A DNA stretch of 64,000 bases. Origin: Trichormus sp. GTDB lineage: Bacteria; Cyanobacteriota; Cyanobacteriia; Cyanobacteriales; Nostocaceae. The notes below the pieces were generated by a model that was not told the DNA's origin, did no database searches, and saw nothing but the letters and a program-made list of their open reading frames with translations. This document shows positions 32,781 to 43,061 of this stretch, piece after piece. The stretch covers positions 2,101 to 66,100 of the forward strand of contig JBODRP010000003.1 in the NCBI GenBank assembly GCA_050633005.1, in the 5' to 3' direction. Numbering within the stretch: the stretch's first letter is position 1; the number at the start of each line of letters is the position of its first letter. Both the position numbers and the translations under genes were made by a program.

Positions 32781-33611
32781 CTAGACTCCATGCTGTTTAA
32801 ACCATGCTAGAAGTCGTTTCCAGCCATCTTGGGCTGCTTTCTCTCGGTAAGAAGGGCGATAATCAGCAAAAAAGGCATGGGGTGCATCGGGATAAACGAT
32901 AATTTCCGACTTGCTGCTACTAGACTGCAACCGAGTACGCATTTGCTCTACTGTATCTAAAGGAATACCTGTATCTTTGCCTCCATATAATCCCAACACT
33001 GGAACTTTTAAACTAGAGGCGATATCAACGGGATGCTTTGGTGTTAGTTCAGTATAATTACCGACTAATCGACCATACCAAGCTACACCAGCTTTTACCT
33101 TGGGATTGTGGGCTGAGTATAACCAAGTCATACGGCCACCCCAACAAAAGCCTGTAATCGCTAATTTCTCAGCATTACCTTTGGCTGACTTAACAGCCCA
33201 ATCTACGGTAGCATCCAGGTCAGATAAAACCTGGGCATCTGGTACTTTTCCTACTACTTGACGAATTTCATCGATATTGCTTAACTGAGAAACATCACCT
33301 TGACGAGCAAATAATTCTGGTGCGATCGCTAAATATCCCAACTTAGCAAAGCGACGACAGATATCCTGAATGTGTTCATGTACACCAAAGATTTCCTGAA
33401 TTACCAACACAATCGGAAAATTCTTACCAGTGGCAGGTAAGGCTCTATAAGCTGGAATTTCACCATCTGAGACAGGAATTTTCACCGCACCGGCAACTAG
33501 TCCTTGCTTATCGGTAGTAATAACTTGGGCAGAAATAGGTTGTACAGCTAAAGCGAAACCTGTAGCAAGGGTAGCAGTAGCCAGAAATCGGCGACGGGTG
33601 ATTTCTTTCAT
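32781..33611 (-). CDS. Dienelactone hydrolase family protein with Tat signal
   Basis: TRRRFL leader; QEIFG, GFCWGG, HAF. Confidence 0.92.
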   Translation of the reverse strand: MKEITRRRFLATATLATGFALAVQPISAQVITTDKQGLVAGAVKIPVSDGEIPAYRALPATGKNFPIVLVIQEIFGVHEHIQDICRRFAKLGYLAIAPELFARQGDVSQLSNIDEIRQVVGKVPDAQVLSDLDATVDWAVKSAKGNAEKLAITGFCWGGRMTWLYSAHNPKVKAGVAWYGRLVGNYTELTPKHPVDIASSLKVPVLGLYGGKDTGIPLDTVEQMRTRLQSSSSKSEIIVYPDAPHAFFADYRPSYREKAAQDGWKRLLAWFKQHGV

Positions 33612-33926
33612 CGTCTTTACCTGGAATTACTGAAGATTTATTTTTATTTCCTCAGAAAATGTAAATTTTTGTCAACTAGCCGGGGAAGCATTTTTAGTAT
33701 TCCTCAAGCACTTCCAGAAAGTCTTGAGTAGGGGTGTAAGGGTGTAGGGGTGTAGGGGTGTAGGGGTGTAGGGGTGTAGGGGTGTAGGGGTGTAAGGGTG
33801 TAAGGGAAGTAAATTTTCCCTTGTCTCCCCGAAGTTCTGAGCGGAGGTTTCCTCCGCTCAGACTTCTCTCCTTGTCTCCCTTGTCTCCCTTGTCTTCCCT
33901 GCCCCCTGCCTCCTCCAAAGAATCCC

Positions 33927-34631
33927 TCACCGATGGTGGCGATAACGGATATAAGCAACACCTAGAATCATCCCTGTTAACTGCATCCAGTAGGCTGGAG
34001 TAAATTGATTGACACCGGATGGGGGAATAGTGAGACTGCCAACACCATAAAATAACTGTTGAATAAACCACCAAAATAAATAAAAATAAGCTGGTAATCG
34101 CATAGGGATATAGATAAGAATTACCGGTAAAACAGTATCTATTTTGGCTTTAGGAAACCTCATCACAAATGCACCTAAAATAGCTGCGATCGCTCCATTA
34201 GCCCCAATCAGTGGTACTCTTAAACTCGGCTCTACTAAAATCTGGACTAACCCCGTTAAAACTCCTGCAATTAAATATAATGCTAAATAGCGACCACGCC
34301 CTAAAAGATTTTCTACAGTTTTGCCAAATACCCACAAAAATAGCATATTTCCCAATATTTGGCTAAAACTACCGTGTAAGAAAATAGCAATTACCAAAGA
34401 AAATACACTTTTAAGCACCACAACCCAAGCCGCCGAATTGACAAATATAGCATTAGTGAGTGCTGAAGTAATTTGTCCTGGAACTACACCAAAGTTGTAA
34501 ACAAAAGCAGCTAATTGTCCTTTAAGTTCTAGTTGAATTTGCCAGAAAAATATAAAAATATTGATACCAATCAACCAATAGTTGACAATGGGGCGTTTGT
34601 AAGTGCGTAAGTTATCACTAATAGGAATCAT
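33927..34631 (-). CDS. Rhomboid-family protein lacking the catalytic dyad
   Basis: GNMLFLWVFG..VE..LG rhomboid motif; GANGA instead of GASGA; AYWMQ instead of AYWAH; start MIPISD near 34631 preferred. Confidence 0.8.
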   Translation of the reverse strand: MIPISDNLRTYKRPIVNYWLIGINIFIFFWQIQLELKGQLAAFVYNFGVVPGQITSALTNAIFVNSAAWVVVLKSVFSLVIAIFLHGSFSQILGNMLFLWVFGKTVENLLGRGRYLALYLIAGVLTGLVQILVEPSLRVPLIGANGAIAAILGAFVMRFPKAKIDTVLPVILIYIPMRLPAYFYLFWWFIQQLFYGVGSLTIPPSGVNQFTPAYWMQLTGMILGVAYIRYRHHR

Positions 34632-34872
34632 TTGGGGTTGGGAATTGGGAATTAGGAATTGGGCAGAAAAATTCAAAATTCAAAATTCAAAATTCAAAAT
34701 TTAAGAGTTTTTCTCCCCGTGTCTACCGTGTCTACCGTGTCTACCTTGTCTCCCTGCCCCCTGCCCCATGCCCCCTGCCCCTCGTCTCCCTTGTCTTGTT
34801 CTCAATCAACACTTCCTCAAACCTATGGCAAGATTGGAATCAGATTGCAATGCACTCAAATAGGTACACTGG

Positions 34873-36996
34873 ATGGTGGGAAATACACTTGTTGGACGAT
34901 ACCAGATTATTAGCCACTTGGGAGGGGGGGGATTTGGTGAAACTTTTGTTGCATTTGATACTCATTTACCCGGTTCGCCTAAGTGTGTTGTCAAAAAGTT
35001 GCAACCCCAGTCTCAAGATCCTGGTACTTTAGAGATTGCACGGCGGTTATTTGATACGGAAGCTCAAGTATTATATAAATTAGGCACGCACGATCGCATT
35101 CCTCAACTTTTGGCTTACTTTGAGGAAGATGCTCAATTTTATCTAGTTCAGGAATTTGTCCCCGGTTATAACCTCAGTCAAGAAATTACACCGGGAAAAA
35201 TTTACTCTGAAGAAGAAGTAACGACACTGTTACAGGAAATTCTCTCTATCCTGGAATTTGTACAACAGCAAAATGTGATTCACCGTGATATTAATCCCCG
35301 TAATATTCTGCGGCGTGAAGATGGTAAGTTAGTTTTGATTGATTTTGGTGCGGTTAAACAAGTCACAACACAGATTTATACTACCGCAGGTGAAGCTAAA
35401 TCTACTGTAGTAATTGGTACACCTGGCTATATCCCCGGTGAACAGGCACAAGGCAACCCCAAGTTTAGCAGTGATATTTATGCGGTGGGGATAATTGCTA
35501 TTCAAGCTCTAACTGGTTTATTGACTAGCGAAATAGAGCAAGATAGCCAAACTAATGAAATTATCTGGCGCAATCATGCCACAGTTTCACCACAATTGGC
35601 TGATTTTATCGATAAGATGGTGTGTTATGATTTTCGGCAACGTTATTCTACAGCTACCACCGCTTTAGCGGGACTACGAGAATTAACTCAGCCGTTATCT
35701 CAGACTTTAGGTGTTACGCCGACTTTACCACCACAAAAAGGTAAATTTTTCCAAAATAAAAGAGGTATCTTACTCAAGCTTTTATTAGTAATCTTATTAA
35801 TGGGTGTCACGGCTGTGGCGGCAGTATTTATTATAAATAGTGTTAATGATAATAATGCTAACCAATTATCTAAAAAGGGCAATACTTTTTTTGAATTACA
35901 ACGTTATGAAGATGCACTAAAGTCTTATCGGCAAGCTATAAATATTAGACCAGATTACCCTGTAGCTTGGTATGGAGAGGGCAAAAGTTTGGCGCAATTA
36001 CAGGAATATGAAAAAGCATTGACAGCTTATGATAGAGCAATTCAACTCCAGCCAGATTATCTAGAAGCTTGGATTGGTAGGGGTTCGGCTCTACAAAAAT
36101 TACAGCGATATCAGGAAGCGATCGCCTCTTTTGACAAGGCTTTAAAACTTAATGATAACTCTCCAGAAATCTGGAATAATAAAGGCGAAGTTTTCAGTAA
36201 ATTAAAACAATATGACAATGCGATTAACGCTTATAATCAAGCTCTAAAGTTAAAAGCTGATGATTATTTGGCTTTATATAATAAAGGTTTGGCACTACAA
36301 AATTTAAAACAATATGAGGAGGCGATCGCAGTATATCGAAAAGCTGTGGAAATCAAACCTAATTATGTACCAGCATGGTATAATTTAGGTAATTCTCTCG
36401 TAAATCTAAATCGTTATGAAGATGCGATTAAAGCTTATAATCAAGCCATACAATACAATCCAAATTATGATGTAGCATCCTTATCAAAAGGGAATATATT
36501 AATTATCTTACGACGTTATGCAGAAGCAATTGAGGCATTTAATCAAGTCCTGAAAAATAATCCCAAGAACTATCAAGCATTGTATGGTAAAGCTTGGTCA
36601 TTACACCAAAATCAAAATTATCCAGAAGCGATAGAAATTTATAAGCAAGCTGCTAAAATTCAACCAAGAAATTATCAAGTTTGGTATAGTTTGGGTAATT
36701 CCCAATATAATTTAGAAAAATATGAGGATGCGATCGCATCTTACACTCAAGCATTACGTTACAAGCAAAATCATTATGAAAGTTGGTATAGCCGAGGGAA
36801 TGCCCTGTTTAGTTTGCAACGTTATAAAGAGGCGATCGCATCTTACAATCAAGCTATTAAATACAAGCCCAATGATCAAGCTGCAATCAATGCCCTAAAT
36901 GAAGCTCAAGCACAATTAGACGCAGCTACACCGATGCCTATTGTTGTACCCACTATGCCCAGTCCTGAGTTTAGTATCCCTAAACCTGAAAACTGA
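34873..36996 (+). CDS. Ser/Thr protein kinase with TM and TPR repeats
   Basis: GGGGFG, VVKKL, HRD, DFG, GTPGY; TM; about 10 TPRs. Confidence 0.93.
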   Translation: MVGNTLVGRYQIISHLGGGGFGETFVAFDTHLPGSPKCVVKKLQPQSQDPGTLEIARRLFDTEAQVLYKLGTHDRIPQLLAYFEEDAQFYLVQEFVPGYNLSQEITPGKIYSEEEVTTLLQEILSILEFVQQQNVIHRDINPRNILRREDGKLVLIDFGAVKQVTTQIYTTAGEAKSTVVIGTPGYIPGEQAQGNPKFSSDIYAVGIIAIQALTGLLTSEIEQDSQTNEIIWRNHATVSPQLADFIDKMVCYDFRQRYSTATTALAGLRELTQPLSQTLGVTPTLPPQKGKFFQNKRGILLKLLLVILLMGVTAVAAVFIINSVNDNNANQLSKKGNTFFELQRYEDALKSYRQAINIRPDYPVAWYGEGKSLAQLQEYEKALTAYDRAIQLQPDYLEAWIGRGSALQKLQRYQEAIASFDKALKLNDNSPEIWNNKGEVFSKLKQYDNAINAYNQALKLKADDYLALYNKGLALQNLKQYEEAIAVYRKAVEIKPNYVPAWYNLGNSLVNLNRYEDAIKAYNQAIQYNPNYDVASLSKGNILIILRRYAEAIEAFNQVLKNNPKNYQALYGKAWSLHQNQNYPEAIEIYKQAAKIQPRNYQVWYSLGNSQYNLEKYEDAIASYTQALRYKQNHYESWYSRGNALFSLQRYKEAIASYNQAIKYKPNDQAAINALNEAQAQLDAATPMPIVVPTMPSPEFSIPKPEN

Positions 36997-37046
36997 AGTC
37001 TGGAAAGCCTTGCACATAGAACTTTTATCCAGTTTAACCAGCATCA

Positions 37047-37077
37047 GGATCAATACGGCATAGAGCCGTATTGATCC
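37047..37077 (+). terminator. Hairpin after kinase gene
   Basis: 13-bp perfect stem GGATCAATACGGC/GCCGTATTGATCC. Confidence 0.55.
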
Positions 37078-37274
37078 ATACCCTAAATTTATAGATTGTA
37101 AAGAAAAATGTGACTATATGAAGTTTGACAAATTGTCTTTTGACTAATATCACTGATTACCCCAAAAATGAGAAAAAGTTTTCCCTGTCTATGGGTAGAT
37201 GTAATCTTCTCTAAATAAAGTTTACTAAGTAAGCAAATAGCAGATGAGTTGAGAATATCAAACTTGCGATCGCT

Positions 37275-37561
37275 AAGGGACTTCCAACTAAAAAAATATA
37301 CAATAGCTGTGGTGAGCAGGGAGCAGGGAGCAGGGAGCAGGGGGAAAATTCAAATTATTTTCTCTCGGAAATTGGATAATTTATTTTCTGGAAGTCGCTA
37401 AAAAATACTCATAAATTTTTACTAAGGGAAAACCAAAAAATAAATTATCGAAAATTGATGCTTGGGTAGGGTGCGTCAGTGAAATATAACCTAACTATCA
37501 TCAGATATTCTTCATACTGACGCACCCTACAACTTGGATATTTTTTTATCTGCAAGTCCCT
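37275..37561. repeat. Two tandem short inverted-repeat (MITE-like) elements
   Basis: AGGGACTTCCA..AAAAAATA / TAATTTATTTTCTGGAAGTC ends (about 37275-37400) and a related unit at about 37424-37561 with an internal GGGTGCGTCAGT/ACTGACGCACCC hairpin. Confidence 0.55.
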
Positions 37562-37726
37562 ACTAAAAAGCCAGAAATTCTCCTTTGATTGAGCAAAATA
37601 TCTGATAGAAATTAATTATACTTATACTTAAACAAGTCTTAAAAAAATCAATATAAAATTACAAATTGTATAAAATCGTTGTCTACTGTAATGACAATAA
37701 ATCTTTAAGAAATAGGGGAATACAGT

Positions 37727-39172
37727 ATGGAATTTTTATCCGATTCCGTGGTGCTATCACGGATGCAATTTGCCCTGACTGCAATCTTTCATATGCTTTG
37801 GCCTGTCCTGACTACAGGGATGGGGATTTATTTAGTAATTGTGGAAGGGATTTGGCTGAAAACGAAAAATCCCGACTATTATCTTCATGCGCGCTTTTGG
37901 TCAAAATTTTACGTGCTGAATTTTGGAATTGGTGTAGCTACTGGTATCCCGATGGAATTTCAGTTCGGCACAAATTGGGCCCCTTTTTCTGAAGCAGTAG
38001 GTAACTTTTTTGGGAGTGTAATTGGTTTTGAAGCTTCTTGGGCGTTTATGCTAGAAGCTGCTTTTTTAGGAATTATGTTATTTGGTTGGGAAAGAGTAAA
38101 TCCTGCCATTCACTATCTTTCAACGATTTTGGTAGCTGTGGGTGCAAACCTTTCTACAGTTTGGATATTAACAGCTAATTCGTGGATGCAAACTCCCGCC
38201 GGTGGGGAATTAGTAAATGGTAAGTTTGTAGTTCATGATTATTTCCAAGCAATTTTAAATCCCTTTATGGTTAACAGTGTGCTGCATATGTTTTTTGCCA
38301 CACTCGAAACTTCTTTATTTGTAATTGGTGGGATTAGTGCTTGGTATATTCTCCAGCAACGCCATGCGGAGTTTTTTGCTAAGTCTTTGAAGATTGCCTT
38401 AGCAGCTGCGATCGCAGTTGCTCCATTACAAATATATATCGGACACCTAAGCGGTGAACAAGTATATCATTATCAACCCACAAAACTAGCCGCAATGGAA
38501 GCCCAGTGGGAATCAACACCAGCTGGAGAACCCGCAGACTGGAGTTTATTAGCCATACCCAACGAAAAAGCCCAGAAAAATGATTGGGAAATCACCATTC
38601 CCAATGCTTTGGGTTACATTTTGGAATTTAAACAGAACCTTTCCGAACCTGTACGGGGTTTGAAAGAGTGGCAACCGAGCGATCGCCCCCACATGATAGG
38701 TTTAATTTACTACGCTTTTCGTACCATGATTGCGATCGGGTTTTTCTTTGCCGGGTTAATGTTGCTCAGTACCCTACAATGGTTGCGTGGTAAACTGGCA
38801 GCCGAAAATATTAGTCAGCAACGTTGGTTAATGCGAGCTTGGGTATTAGCTGCACCTTTAGGATACATTGCTGTAGAATCTGGTTGGATTGTGCGTTGTG
38901 TTGGTAGACAGCCGTGGACACTATACGGACAAATCCGCACCGTTGATTCTGCATCTCAATTACCAGCAAGTAATGTGTTAACTTCACTGACTGGCTTTGC
39001 TGTAGTTTATACAATCTTGTTCATCACCGCCATGTACTTTGGTAGCCGCATCATCCGCACAGGGCCAAATTTAGAATTACCAATACCAGGAACAGAAGTC
39101 ACCAAACCCGCCATTGATACCACCCCTGGCGAGTTCGTCCCCAACGAACGTCCCGTAGAAGCAAGAGATTAA
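37727..39172 (+). CDS. cydA: Cytochrome bd quinol oxidase subunit I
   Basis: SRMQFALTAIFH, EFQFGTNW, NSWMQTP, QPTKLAAME, GRQPW. Confidence 0.96.
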   Translation: MEFLSDSVVLSRMQFALTAIFHMLWPVLTTGMGIYLVIVEGIWLKTKNPDYYLHARFWSKFYVLNFGIGVATGIPMEFQFGTNWAPFSEAVGNFFGSVIGFEASWAFMLEAAFLGIMLFGWERVNPAIHYLSTILVAVGANLSTVWILTANSWMQTPAGGELVNGKFVVHDYFQAILNPFMVNSVLHMFFATLETSLFVIGGISAWYILQQRHAEFFAKSLKIALAAAIAVAPLQIYIGHLSGEQVYHYQPTKLAAMEAQWESTPAGEPADWSLLAIPNEKAQKNDWEITIPNALGYILEFKQNLSEPVRGLKEWQPSDRPHMIGLIYYAFRTMIAIGFFFAGLMLLSTLQWLRGKLAAENISQQRWLMRAWVLAAPLGYIAVESGWIVRCVGRQPWTLYGQIRTVDSASQLPASNVLTSLTGFAVVYTILFITAMYFGSRIIRTGPNLELPIPGTEVTKPAIDTTPGEFVPNERPVEARD

Positions 39173-39175
39173 ACC

Positions 39176-39458
39176 AATTCGCAATGGACTAACGTCCCGC
39201 TACGCTAACGCAATGGGCTAAACGCCCCGCGCCGCTCTAAGCGCAGCCATGCCGCAGGCTTTACGCAATTAAGTGTTGTAACGGGGATTTAAACCCCGCC
39301 AAAACACTTGCGGTTTCATAGAAGCCGGGGACTTAAACCCCCAAATTTTGGTAAGCAATTCAAAATTCAAAATACCCTAGGGCAAGGAAGCTACAAAACT
39401 CAAAAATTTTTGACTTTTTTCTTCCCAATGCCCAATGCCCAATGCCCAATGCCCAATG
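39176..39458. repeat. Nested small dispersed repeats and STRR between cydA and cydB
   Basis: GC-rich 20-30-nt units (CCCGCTACGCTAAC, GCGCAGCCATGCCGCAGGCTTTAC) recurring at about 551, 2281, 32700 and 44600 inside AATTACG/AATTCGC runs. Confidence 0.7.
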
Positions 39459-39465
39459 AATAATT

Positions 39466-40479
39466 ATGGAAACACTACAATATTTTCTCCCACAAGTTTG
39501 GTTTGTAATTTTAGCTTTGTTTCTCTTCCTCTACGTCATGCTAGATGGATTTGATTTAGGGGTGGGGATTTTATCTCTTACTTCTTCCGATGATGAACGT
39601 CGGGGAATTTTAATGACTAGCTTAAGCAACATTTGGGATGCTAACGAAACTTGGCTAGTGCTTATGGGTGGGGGATTATTTGGTGCATTTCCCCTCGCTT
39701 ACGGCACAATTTTAAACGCCTTATATATCCCAATTCTTGTTATGGTGTTTGGGTTTATTTTTCGGGGTGTGGCGTTTGAATTTCGGGAATTATCTAGACG
39801 GAAATTTTTTTGGAATCTTGCTTTTGGTGCAGGAAGTTTTACAGCTGCACTCGGACAAGGATTTGCTTTGGGTGGGGTACTCAAAGGAATTAAAGTTGAT
39901 GAGACAGGACACTTTATTGGGAGTACCTGGGACTGGTTTAGTTTACCTTCGGTGTTAGTAGCCTTAACTTTGATTCAAGGTTATGTGTTGATTGGTTCTA
40001 CCTATTTGGTATGGAAAACCACAGGAGAATTACAACAAACTCACTATAAAACAGCCAAACTGGCTGCATTGACTACACTGATAGGTGCAATTTTTATAAC
40101 TATCAGTACACCTGTGATTTATGAAAATGCTAGAGCGCGTTTATTTCAACAACCACTAGTATATATTTTCGCCATGATTCCGATTTTGGGAGTGTGGTTA
40201 ATTTGGCAACTGTGGAATAGTTTAAACCGCAAGGAAGAACGCGCGCCATTTGTGTGGACTATTCTATTATTTGTGTTGTCATTTATTGGTTTGGGATTGA
40301 TTGTTTTTCCCTACATTATTCCGCCACAAATTACCATTTATGAAGCTGCGGCTGACCCTAGTTCTTTGGTAATTATGATCATTTTTATCGGCTTTTTAAT
40401 TCCGGTGATGTTGTTTTATAACCTTTACCAATATATTGTTTTTAGAGGTAAAGTCACTGGTAACGGTTATGGGGAATAA
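39466..40479 (+). CDS. cydB: Cytochrome bd quinol oxidase subunit II
   Basis: LDGFDLGVG, WDANETWLV, FRGVAFEFR, VFRGKV. Confidence 0.96.
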   Translation: METLQYFLPQVWFVILALFLFLYVMLDGFDLGVGILSLTSSDDERRGILMTSLSNIWDANETWLVLMGGGLFGAFPLAYGTILNALYIPILVMVFGFIFRGVAFEFRELSRRKFFWNLAFGAGSFTAALGQGFALGGVLKGIKVDETGHFIGSTWDWFSLPSVLVALTLIQGYVLIGSTYLVWKTTGELQQTHYKTAKLAALTTLIGAIFITISTPVIYENARARLFQQPLVYIFAMIPILGVWLIWQLWNSLNRKEERAPFVWTILLFVLSFIGLGLIVFPYIIPPQITIYEAAADPSSLVIMIIFIGFLIPVMLFYNLYQYIVFRGKVTGNGYGE

Positions 40480-41078
40480 AACCAATTCGCAATTCGCAAT
40501 TCGCAATTCGCAATTAATTCAGCCACCCACAAGGGGTGGGGTTTTTACCTACCTTGGGAAACAAGGATTTTTTCGCCCACCAGGGGCGAGGTTTTGAACC
40601 TATCTTTTTCCGATAAACTGCTTTTTTAGAGATGATTTAACCAGTAAAAAGTGTTGGGTAAACAGTTATCAGTGAAATCATTGACGAAACACCACACCAA
40701 TTGGTGAAAGACTTTGGTAGCGGCTCTAAATCGCCCACCATACGGTTGATAACTGATAACTGTTTTAACATTATCTTAAATTATCCATACTGAGAAGTAT
40801 ATGAACAATTTACATTAGTTTCTGATTTTTTAATAGCAATTTATGTTTGAAACTTTATTTTTACATTAGTTATACAGATATTTTATGAAAATAAATTGAA
40901 GGAAAATAATGTTTTGAATTTTTAACGTATTAACAACTAGAAAAAAAGGATATTTTCCCCCTTAGAACCATACTTAGTAAACTCAGTAAGATTGACATTA
41001 CAAATTTTTTTCTGTACCTATAAAATCCCTTTATACACAGGGTAAATTCCATAATTTGAGATTTATAGGGATGGAATA

Positions 41079-41378
41079 ATGTTTTCGCAATCCTCAAAAT
41101 TTACTAACAGTATGCGGCAAAAAAAACATAAACAAAGTTTTAAATCTGTTGGTAATAAAGTCTTATATGCTGGCTTATTCATGACTCTACTAGGTTGTAG
41201 TTTTGCAACTTTTCAAGTTATTTATCCTTTCATTATTTCTAGTGTAAGTGCTGCAACAAAGACTTCATTTCAGCCTACTTCAATTCCTTGGCTAGAGGAT
41301 CAATCTAATTGCCAACATACTGGGCGGAGTTGGCATGAAAACAGATGTTGGGATAATGAACATAGCCCGACATTTTAA
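41079..41378 (+). CDS. Small hypothetical membrane/exported protein
   Basis: 99 aa; TM; C-terminal C..TGRSW...CWD motif. Confidence 0.6.
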   Translation: MFSQSSKFTNSMRQKKHKQSFKSVGNKVLYAGLFMTLLGCSFATFQVIYPFIISSVSAATKTSFQPTSIPWLEDQSNCQHTGRSWHENRCWDNEHSPTF

Positions 41379-42772
41379 ATTTTCAAATTTGGACGATGTT
41401 GAATCCACGGATTAGCGGCTTCTAGTTGAGCGGCGAGACTAATTAAAGTAGCTTCTGCCGCAGGTTTGCCCACAAGCTGCACACTCATAGGTATACCATT
41501 ACTATCAAACCCTACGGGTAAAGCGATCGCTGGTTGTCCAGTGGCATTGGCAACTGGACAAGGGGCAATCCAATTCACAATTTTTTCAAATGTATCTTCG
41601 GGACTCAAAGCCGCCCATTCCCCTACGCGGATAGGAGAGTGTAAGTAAACAGGCAATACTAAGACATCTATATTGTCAAAAAATGCCACAATTTGCCGGG
41701 CTACGATTTGCATGGCATACACTGCTTGGATATATTCGCCAACAGTCCCGGTTCTTGCTAATAGCCAACGGTTGAGAGGCTGCAATGCTTCGGCTGGTAA
41801 TCCTGAAGCAGCAATTCCCGATTGCCAAACGACTTTAAACGGTTCAACTAAGGCACTGAAATCAGGAAATGTTTGTTCAACTTGATGACCGAGTTGTGCT
41901 AATAATTCTACTATCTGTAAAACTGCCTGCCTACAATTAGCGTCAGCTTCTCCCAAGGGGGGAATAGCAGTAGCAAAGGCAATTCGTAACTTATTGGGTT
42001 GAGTTTGAGCCGCCATCAAAAATGATGGTTCTGGATCAGGTAGCCAGTAAGGATCACCTGTAACATAACCAGAAATAGTATCTAACATAGCGGCTGCATC
42101 TGCCACTGTCCGGGCAAGGGGGCCATTGGCAGAAATTCCGGCGAGCCGATCACCTACTGGTGCTTTTGTGACTCTACCTCGTGCTGGTTTAATTCCTACT
42201 AAACCACAACAAGCCGCAGGCCCCCGAATTGAACCGCCACCGTCAGAACCTTGGGCGATCGCACAAAGTCCGGCGGCAACTGCGGCTGCTGCCCCACCAC
42301 TAGAACCGCCAGGGGTGTATTCTAAATTCCACGGGTTTCTGGCGGGGGGAAATCCCATAGGTTCAGTGTAGGGAAATGAGCCTAATTCTGAGGTGGCTGT
42401 TTTACCAAGAATAATAAAGCCAGCTTGCTTAATGCGTGTGACAACCCCATCATCATATCCGGGGATGTTGTTAACTAATGCTGGATTTCCGTAGGTACAA
42501 GGTACACCCGCTAAAGCGTTAAGGTCTTTAATAGAAATTGGCACACCAAAAAATGGTGGCAGTTCTGTAGTTTTACTTAATAATTCTGTCTTAGCTTGAG
42601 CATCAGCGATCGCTAAATCTGCTGTAACTGTAAAATAACTGCCCAACTGGGGATTTAGCTGCTGAATCCGACTTAAATATATTTCTACTAAATCCACCGG
42701 TGATACTTCCCGCCGACGGATTAATTTTGCTAACTCTAGTGCCGGAGTAAAGGCTAAATCAGTTTCATTCAT
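41375..42772 (-). CDS. Amidase signature family protein
   Basis: GVPISIKD, GGSSGG, GSDGGGSIR. Confidence 0.93.
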   Translation of the reverse strand: MNETDLAFTPALELAKLIRRREVSPVDLVEIYLSRIQQLNPQLGSYFTVTADLAIADAQAKTELLSKTTELPPFFGVPISIKDLNALAGVPCTYGNPALVNNIPGYDDGVVTRIKQAGFIILGKTATSELGSFPYTEPMGFPPARNPWNLEYTPGGSSGGAAAAVAAGLCAIAQGSDGGGSIRGPAACCGLVGIKPARGRVTKAPVGDRLAGISANGPLARTVADAAAMLDTISGYVTGDPYWLPDPEPSFLMAAQTQPNKLRIAFATAIPPLGEADANCRQAVLQIVELLAQLGHQVEQTFPDFSALVEPFKVVWQSGIAASGLPAEALQPLNRWLLARTGTVGEYIQAVYAMQIVARQIVAFFDNIDVLVLPVYLHSPIRVGEWAALSPEDTFEKIVNWIAPCPVANATGQPAIALPVGFDSNGIPMSVQLVGKPAAEATLISLAAQLEAANPWIQHRPNLKI

Positions 42773-43061
42773 ATTGGGGACTGGGGACTGGCTGGGGACT
42801 GGCTGGGGACTGGGGACTGTTGACAGGCTTTGACCAACAGCGTTGTTACTTTAGCAGAATTTTTGGGAACTATGAATATATCATTTTTGCGATTTAACAA
42901 AATTTAGAATCGAGAATCTGACCCTCCGAATTTTAGATTTTAAATTTTGGATTTTGGATTGCCGGATTGAATCTAAAATCTAAAATCCAAAATTGGTTGA
43001 CTGGCTGTGTCTATATTCTGAGTTCTTCTGAATAAATTTTGCAAATCCCCAAGGGATATTT

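Noticed and set aside
35281..35305. Kinase catalytic loop HRDINPRN rather than HRDIKPxN
   Set aside because: Catalytic Asp/Asn, DFG and the beta3 Lys are retained; insufficient evidence for a pseudokinase
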